Assembly: GCA_964429295.1 (NCBI GenBank)
Contig: CAYSBL010000012.1
Span: 1,646-65,645, forward strand
Reading direction: 5' to 3'
Source: an uncultured Rikenellaceae bacterium
GTDB taxonomy: Bacteria; Bacteroidota; Bacteroidia; Bacteroidales; VadinHA17
Length of the DNA: 64,000 bases
Under the pieces are notes generated by a model that did no database searches, had not been told where the DNA came from, and was given only the letters and a program-made list of their open reading frames with translations. The first letter of the stretch is position 1, and each line of letters starts with the position of its first letter. The translations under genes were made by a program, and so were the position numbers. This document shows positions 59,015-64,000 of this stretch, in pieces.

Positions 59015-60754
59015 ATGATACAATTTGAAGAAATGGGATTTACTCCCGGTATCCTGAGGTCAATTAATGAACTCGGATTCAATTCCCCCATGCCTGTTCA
59101 GGAAAAAGTAATACCCCTCATGCTGGGAGACACCACTGACATTATTGCCCTGGCCCAGACAGGAACGGGCAAGACAGCCGCTTTCGGACTGCCGCTTGTT
59201 CAGGCAACGGATCCGGATAAAAACGCCACTCAGGCTCTTATTCTGTGCCCCACCAGGGAATTATGCATGCAGATCACCAACGATCTCAACAATTACTCAA
59301 AGCACACAGGCGGCCTCAGGATACTTGCCGTCTACGGAGGAGCCGGGATCGACAGCCAGATGAGGGAGCTCAAAAAGGGTGTTCACATAATTGTAGCCAC
59401 TCCGGGTCGTCTGATCGACCTGATCGGGAGACGGGCAGCAAAACTTTCCCAGGTCAGGACAGTTATCCTTGATGAAGCCGACGAGATGCTCAATATGGGC
59501 TTTCTCGACAGTATAAACGAGATTCTTGAAGAGGTCCCGAAGAACAGAAGAACCCTTCTCTTCTCTGCAACAATGTCGCAGGAGATATCCTCAATTGCAC
59601 GAAAATACATGAACAATCCTGCTGAGATACTAATAGGCAGGAAAAACTCTTCGGCTGAGAATATAAGTCACAACTACTATATGGTCCATGCAAAGGACAA
59701 GTACAAGGTGCTGAAGCGTATTGCCGACTCAGAACCCGACATCTTTGCAATAGTTTTCTGCCGTACCCGAAAGGAAACACAGGATGTAGCCGTAAGGCTG
59801 ATAAATGACGGTTACAATGCCGATGCCCTTCATGGAGACCTTTCTCAGGCTCAGCGCGATACTGTCATGAACAAGTTCAGGTCCCGTAACCTGCGCATGC
59901 TTGTTGCCACCGATGTGGCAGCACGCGGACTGGATGTTGATGATCTCACGCATGTGATAAACTTCAGTCTTCCCGACGATACTGAGGTCTACACCCACAG
60001 GTGCGGACGTACAGGAAGAGCAGGCAAAAACGGAATTTCCGTTTCACTCGTGCATCTCAGGGAAAAGAACAATCTGCACCGCATTGAAAAAATGCTGAAC
60101 AGATCATTCAATCTTATCCCGGTTCCGACCGGAAGTGAGATATGCGGAAAACAGCTTTCCCGCTGGGTCGAGAAACTGGAAACTGTGACAACCGGTCACA
60201 GGGAAATTGAGAAACTCCTGCCCGAAATAAAAGCAAAACTCGAAAGCCTTGACAGGGATGAACTGATAAGGAGGGTGGTTTCGCTGGAATTCGACAGGTT
60301 CCTCGACGATTACCGGAATGAAGATGAGATTATTGAACCCGTTCCCCTCAAAGAAGAAAGAAGGAGCAGAAATGGTAAGAAAGGCTCCCATGGCCAGCCT
60401 GGTGAGGATTATGCAAGACTCTTTATTAATTTTGGCAAATCAGACGATTTTTTTCCTGATCAGCTTATCAGCCTGATCAATTCCAATACAAGGGGCATGA
60501 AAGTTCCTATCGGAAAGATTGACCTTTACAGGGATTTTTCATTTTTCGAAGTCGAGGCAGGCTATTCCGATGACCTTATAAAAGCCATGAAAAAGGTAAA
60601 ATACATGGGTAAAAGGGTTGTGGTGCAGGTTGCCCAGGAAAAGAACGAAGAACGGGGCACGCCTATATATCCCCGGAAAAAACCCGCCTGGAAAAACAAC
60701 AGGATCAACGGGAAAAAAAGCCGCAGGAATACACGTCGGTCATTTGCATATTAG
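59015..60754 (+). CDS. DEAD-box ATP-dependent RNA helicase (DeaD/CsdA-like, C-terminal DbpA-type RNA-binding domain and basic tail)
   Basis: Q motif, AQTGTGKT, DEAD, SAT and HRCGRTGRAG. The C-terminal region has the LFINFGKSD...IGKIDLYRDFSFFEV pattern. Confidence 0.95.
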   Translation: MIQFEEMGFTPGILRSINELGFNSPMPVQEKVIPLMLGDTTDIIALAQTGTGKTAAFGLPLVQATDPDKNATQALILCPTRELCMQITNDLNNYSKHTGGLRILAVYGGAGIDSQMRELKKGVHIIVATPGRLIDLIGRRAAKLSQVRTVILDEADEMLNMGFLDSINEILEEVPKNRRTLLFSATMSQEISSIARKYMNNPAEILIGRKNSSAENISHNYYMVHAKDKYKVLKRIADSEPDIFAIVFCRTRKETQDVAVRLINDGYNADALHGDLSQAQRDTVMNKFRSRNLRMLVATDVAARGLDVDDLTHVINFSLPDDTEVYTHRCGRTGRAGKNGISVSLVHLREKNNLHRIEKMLNRSFNLIPVPTGSEICGKQLSRWVEKLETVTTGHREIEKLLPEIKAKLESLDRDELIRRVVSLEFDRFLDDYRNEDEIIEPVPLKEERRSRNGKKGSHGQPGEDYARLFINFGKSDDFFPDQLISLINSNTRGMKVPIGKIDLYRDFSFFEVEAGYSDDLIKAMKKVKYMGKRVVVQVAQEKNEERGTPIYPRKKPAWKNNRINGKKSRRNTRRSFAY

Positions 60755-60900
60755 GCTGCTCTGAGGAATACCGCACCTGCATCCTCAGAAAAGCGGATTT
60801 TCAGAACTCACCGTACAGGTCACCTGACATTTTTCAGGAATTTTTCTTATTTTGCATTATCCAAATTGTTGATTTGCAACCTTTGAAAAATCCCTGAATT

Positions 60901-63594
60901 ATGAGACTGATCTGGACTGTAATCTTACCTTTAATCCTTTTGTCATGCTCCCGCGAAACCAACAGCGCCAGGCTGCTGAACCTGAGGTGCGAGTACCTTG
61001 TCAATCCTGAAGCGATCGATACGGAGAAACCCCGGTTCACCTGGCAGATGATGTCGGAGCAGTCGGGTGCAGAGCAGACAGCATGGATGATATTTGTCGG
61101 AACCGATTCTGCTTCAGTAGCCGGAGGTGAAGGCAATGTGTGGGAATCGGGGCAGACAGACGGATCTTCAGTGCCGGTTGTCTACTCAGGACCCTCACTC
61201 AAACCTTTCGCCAGGTACTTCTGGAGTGTCAGAGCCAGGCTTGGCGACGGAAGCTGGACAGAGCTTTCTGAAACTGCTTCATTCGGCACCGGTTTTATGA
61301 ACAAGGCCGTCTGGAAGGGACACTGGATAACCGACACCTACGATTTCAACATCAAACCCGCACCTTATTTCAGGAAGGAATTCACCATTGACCGGGAGGT
61401 AAGCTCCGCCATGGCATATATTGCAGCGGCCGGTTTATACGAAATGAGCATCAACGGAAAAAAGACAGGCGATCACCGGCTTGATCCCATGTACACCCGC
61501 TTCGACCGCCGGACCCTTTATGTCGCTTATGATGTGACCCGGGAACTGAGACAGGGAGAAAACGTCATTGGAGTATTGCTGGGTAACGGATGGTATAACC
61601 ACCAGTCAACTGCAGTCTGGTATTTCGACAGGGCACCCTGGCGTGCAAGGCCGAAATTCTGCATGGACCTGAGGATAACCTATGAGGATGGGACAGAAGA
61701 AACTGTTTTCACCGGCCAGGACTGGAAAACATCCCTCTCCCCCGTCATTTTCAACAGCATTTATACAGCAGAGCATTATGATGCACGCCTGGAGCAGCCC
61801 GGATGGGATTCTCCCGGTTTTGATGATTCAAAATGGAGAAGTCCTCTAAACACCGGCGCTCCATCGGCAAATATCACAGCCCAGGCCCTTCATCCTGTTC
61901 GCAATGTGGAAAAGATACCTGCCGTCAGAATGACCAGGTTCAGCAACAGGAACTATTTGTTTGATTTCGGACGAAACATATCAGGAGTTACCTCTGTTAG
62001 GATCAGTGGGGAAGCTGGCACAACAGTAAGACTTATTCATGCTGAAAGGCTTGGATCCGACGGTCATGCCGACCAGTCAAATATAGATGTGCATTACAGG
62101 CCCACTGACGACAGTGATCCGTTCCAGACCGACATCCTCATCCTCAGCGGCAAAAAAGAAGATGAATTCATGCCTCGTTTCAACTACAAGGGTTTTCAGT
62201 TTGTTGAAGTTGTTTCGGACAGGCCTGTTGAGATCACCAGCGAAAGCCTGACCGCGTACTTCATGCACAGTGATGTCCCTCCGGCAGGAAAAATAAATTC
62301 TTCGAACAACACCCTCAACAGGACCTGGATGGCATCTAACGCTTCCTATCTCTCCAACCTCTTCGGCTACCCCACAGATTGCCCGCAGAGGGAAAAGAAC
62401 GGCTGGACAGGAGATGCTCACATCAACATCGAAACCGCCCTTTACAACTTCGATGCCATCACCGTTTACGAGAAATGGCTTGCTGACCACCGCGACGAGC
62501 AACTTTCCAACGGAGTCCTTCCGGCCATAATACCCACGAGCGGATGGGGTTATCACTGGGCCAACGGACCCGACTGGACCAGCACCATTGCCATCATCCC
62601 ATGGAATATATATCTGTTCTACGGTGATACACGACTGCTGGAAGAATGTTACGACAACATAAAGCGGTATGTAGACCAGATCGACTCCCGGAGTCCTGAT
62701 GGCATAACTGACTGGGGCCTTGGCGACTGGGTTCCTGTCAAGTCGGTTTCCCCGAAGGAACTTACTTCCACTGCCTGGTATTATTCCGATGCAGTTATCC
62801 TTGCAAAAGCAGCCCGGCTTTTTGGAAATGATGATGATGCAGAAAAATACACCCGGCTGGCAGAAAAGATCAGGATTGCCTTCAACAATAAGTTTCTCGA
62901 CAGATCCACCGGAATTTACGGCAAAGGGCTGCAGACTGAGCTCAGCGTTCCATTATACTGGGGATTGGTACCGGAGGAAATGGTTCCTGCCGTTGCTGAA
63001 AACCTTGCTGTCAGGGTGGCTGCCGACAATGAGCACATCGACGTGGGACTACTCGGTACCAAGACACTGCTTAATGCCCTCAGCGCCAATGGATATGCTG
63101 ATCTTGCGTACAGGGTTGCCTCACAGGAGGATTTCCCTTCGTGGGGCTGGTGGATAGTAAACGGGGCGACCACTTTCTATGAAAACTGGCCTCTTGACGC
63201 GAAGAGTGACATCTCGATGAATCACATTATGTTCGGTGAGATAAATGCATGGTATTACAAAGCCCTTGGAGGTATTTTCCCCGACGAGACAGCCCCCGGA
63301 TTCAAGAACGTGGTGCTGAGGCCGAATTTTGTTGAAGGACTTGACAGTTTCAATGCGGAACATGACGGACCTTACGGAAAAATAGTCTCTGGATGGCAGA
63401 GGTCGGAAGGCAAAATAAAATATCATGTATCAATTCCGCCTAACAGCACAGCAACGCTTTACATCCACTCCGGAAATGCTGTGACAGGTGGCCCGGATGT
63501 GTCCGGAGCCCCATCCCTCGGCGAAGTCGAAAAGACTGACAGCGGCTTGAAAATACAGATGAAGTCGGGTGATTACGATTTTGAGATTAACTGA
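60901..63594 (+). CDS. alpha-L-rhamnosidase (GH78)
   Basis: 897 aa. N-terminal LRCEYLVNPEAIDTEKPRFTWQM, then YFWSVRA and PTDCPQREKNGWTGDA are typical of GH78. Confidence 0.92.
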   Translation: MRLIWTVILPLILLSCSRETNSARLLNLRCEYLVNPEAIDTEKPRFTWQMMSEQSGAEQTAWMIFVGTDSASVAGGEGNVWESGQTDGSSVPVVYSGPSLKPFARYFWSVRARLGDGSWTELSETASFGTGFMNKAVWKGHWITDTYDFNIKPAPYFRKEFTIDREVSSAMAYIAAAGLYEMSINGKKTGDHRLDPMYTRFDRRTLYVAYDVTRELRQGENVIGVLLGNGWYNHQSTAVWYFDRAPWRARPKFCMDLRITYEDGTEETVFTGQDWKTSLSPVIFNSIYTAEHYDARLEQPGWDSPGFDDSKWRSPLNTGAPSANITAQALHPVRNVEKIPAVRMTRFSNRNYLFDFGRNISGVTSVRISGEAGTTVRLIHAERLGSDGHADQSNIDVHYRPTDDSDPFQTDILILSGKKEDEFMPRFNYKGFQFVEVVSDRPVEITSESLTAYFMHSDVPPAGKINSSNNTLNRTWMASNASYLSNLFGYPTDCPQREKNGWTGDAHINIETALYNFDAITVYEKWLADHRDEQLSNGVLPAIIPTSGWGYHWANGPDWTSTIAIIPWNIYLFYGDTRLLEECYDNIKRYVDQIDSRSPDGITDWGLGDWVPVKSVSPKELTSTAWYYSDAVILAKAARLFGNDDDAEKYTRLAEKIRIAFNNKFLDRSTGIYGKGLQTELSVPLYWGLVPEEMVPAVAENLAVRVAADNEHIDVGLLGTKTLLNALSANGYADLAYRVASQEDFPSWGWWIVNGATTFYENWPLDAKSDISMNHIMFGEINAWYYKALGGIFPDETAPGFKNVVLRPNFVEGLDSFNAEHDGPYGKIVSGWQRSEGKIKYHVSIPPNSTATLYIHSGNAVTGGPDVSGAPSLGEVEKTDSGLKIQMKSGDYDFEIN

Positions 63595-63679
63595 AAACAA
63601 CACAGCTTATTCTTTAACACATGAAAATGATTATCATAAATTAAACAGCCGGTAAGACGGCATTTAATAAACATCAACC

Positions 63680-64000
63680 ATGAAGAAAATCATTTTTATA
63701 ATCATGCTTCCTCTTGTGATACTTTCTGCCTGTTCATCCTCAGGAAGTTCATCAGGGGGAAAAATCAATGTCAGCAAGGTCAGTGTTGAATCGGGCCTTG
63801 TATCAGGAAAGACAAACACCGAAGGCAATGTCAGCATTTTCATGGGAATCCCCTATGCAGCAGCACCTGTTGGGGAACTCCGCTGGAAGGCCCCGGCGCC
63901 TCCTGTCAGATGGGAAGGGGTGCGCCAGTGCATTACTCCCCCTCCCAGCGCCATGCAGAGCAAACCGGTTCCCTTCATGATGTGGTCGAAGGAATTCATG
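63680..64000 (+). CDS. carboxylesterase type B family lipoprotein, N-terminal 107 codons (runs off the right edge)
   Basis: ATG 63680 opens MKKIIFIIMLPLVILSACSS (lipobox). ...FMGIPYAAAPVGELRWKAP is the hallmark N-terminal motif of type-B carboxylesterases. The frame stays open to the window end. Confidence 0.8.
   Translation, partial: MKKIIFIIMLPLVILSACSSSGSSSGGKINVSKVSVESGLVSGKTNTEGNVSIFMGIPYAAAPVGELRWKAPAPPVRWEGVRQCITPPPSAMQSKPVPFMMWSKEFM

Overview
This window reads as a chromosomal segment of a Bacteroidota (Bacteroidales-like) anaerobe. The evidence for that placement is TAnnTTTG -7 boxes, few Shine-Dalgarno sites, DUF4492-cydAB, a PorQ-like gene, a CarboxypepD_reg-type TonB receptor paired with DUF4249, and many lipoprotein signals. 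I call about 57 protein genes at high coding density plus one tRNA-His(GTG). I could not recognise any rRNA, CRISPR array, transposase, integrase, phage gene or known defence system. From 0 to 39 kb the content is mostly housekeeping. It includes phospholipid synthesis (pssA, psd, cdsA, a lipid kinase), an O2-handling set (AI-2E transporter, DUF4492, cydA, cydB, a flavodiiron protein), ftsH, rsfS, birA, pyrE, coaD, lon and rpmE. It also includes a fused ResB/CcsA cytochrome c maturation protein, an acyl-CoA dehydrogenase / membrane Fe-S oxidoreductase / etfAB cluster, cmk, ispH, a CDF transporter and copA. From 39 to 64 kb the content is more accessory. It holds an ABC-2 transporter with a three-domain NEW3-like surface protein, glycoside hydrolases (GH26, GH28, GH78), and a four-gene TonB receptor/DUF4249 cluster of unknown function. 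It also holds an isolated Na+-decarboxylase beta subunit with a small OadG-like subunit, an aspartate ammonia-lyase fused to a cyclic-nucleotide-binding-like domain, and a cold-shock-domain/DEAD-box pair. The most unusual signal is non-coding. Six intergenic spacers carry heptamer-phased (7-, 14- or 9-nt) tandem arrays that share exact 12-18 nt strings between loci. Most begin within 0-25 nt of a stop codon in sense orientation. One folds into a roughly 42-bp hairpin that depends on G-U pairs, and two contain canonical G-quadruplex motifs. All protein family calls rest on motif recognition by eye; no database search was possible.
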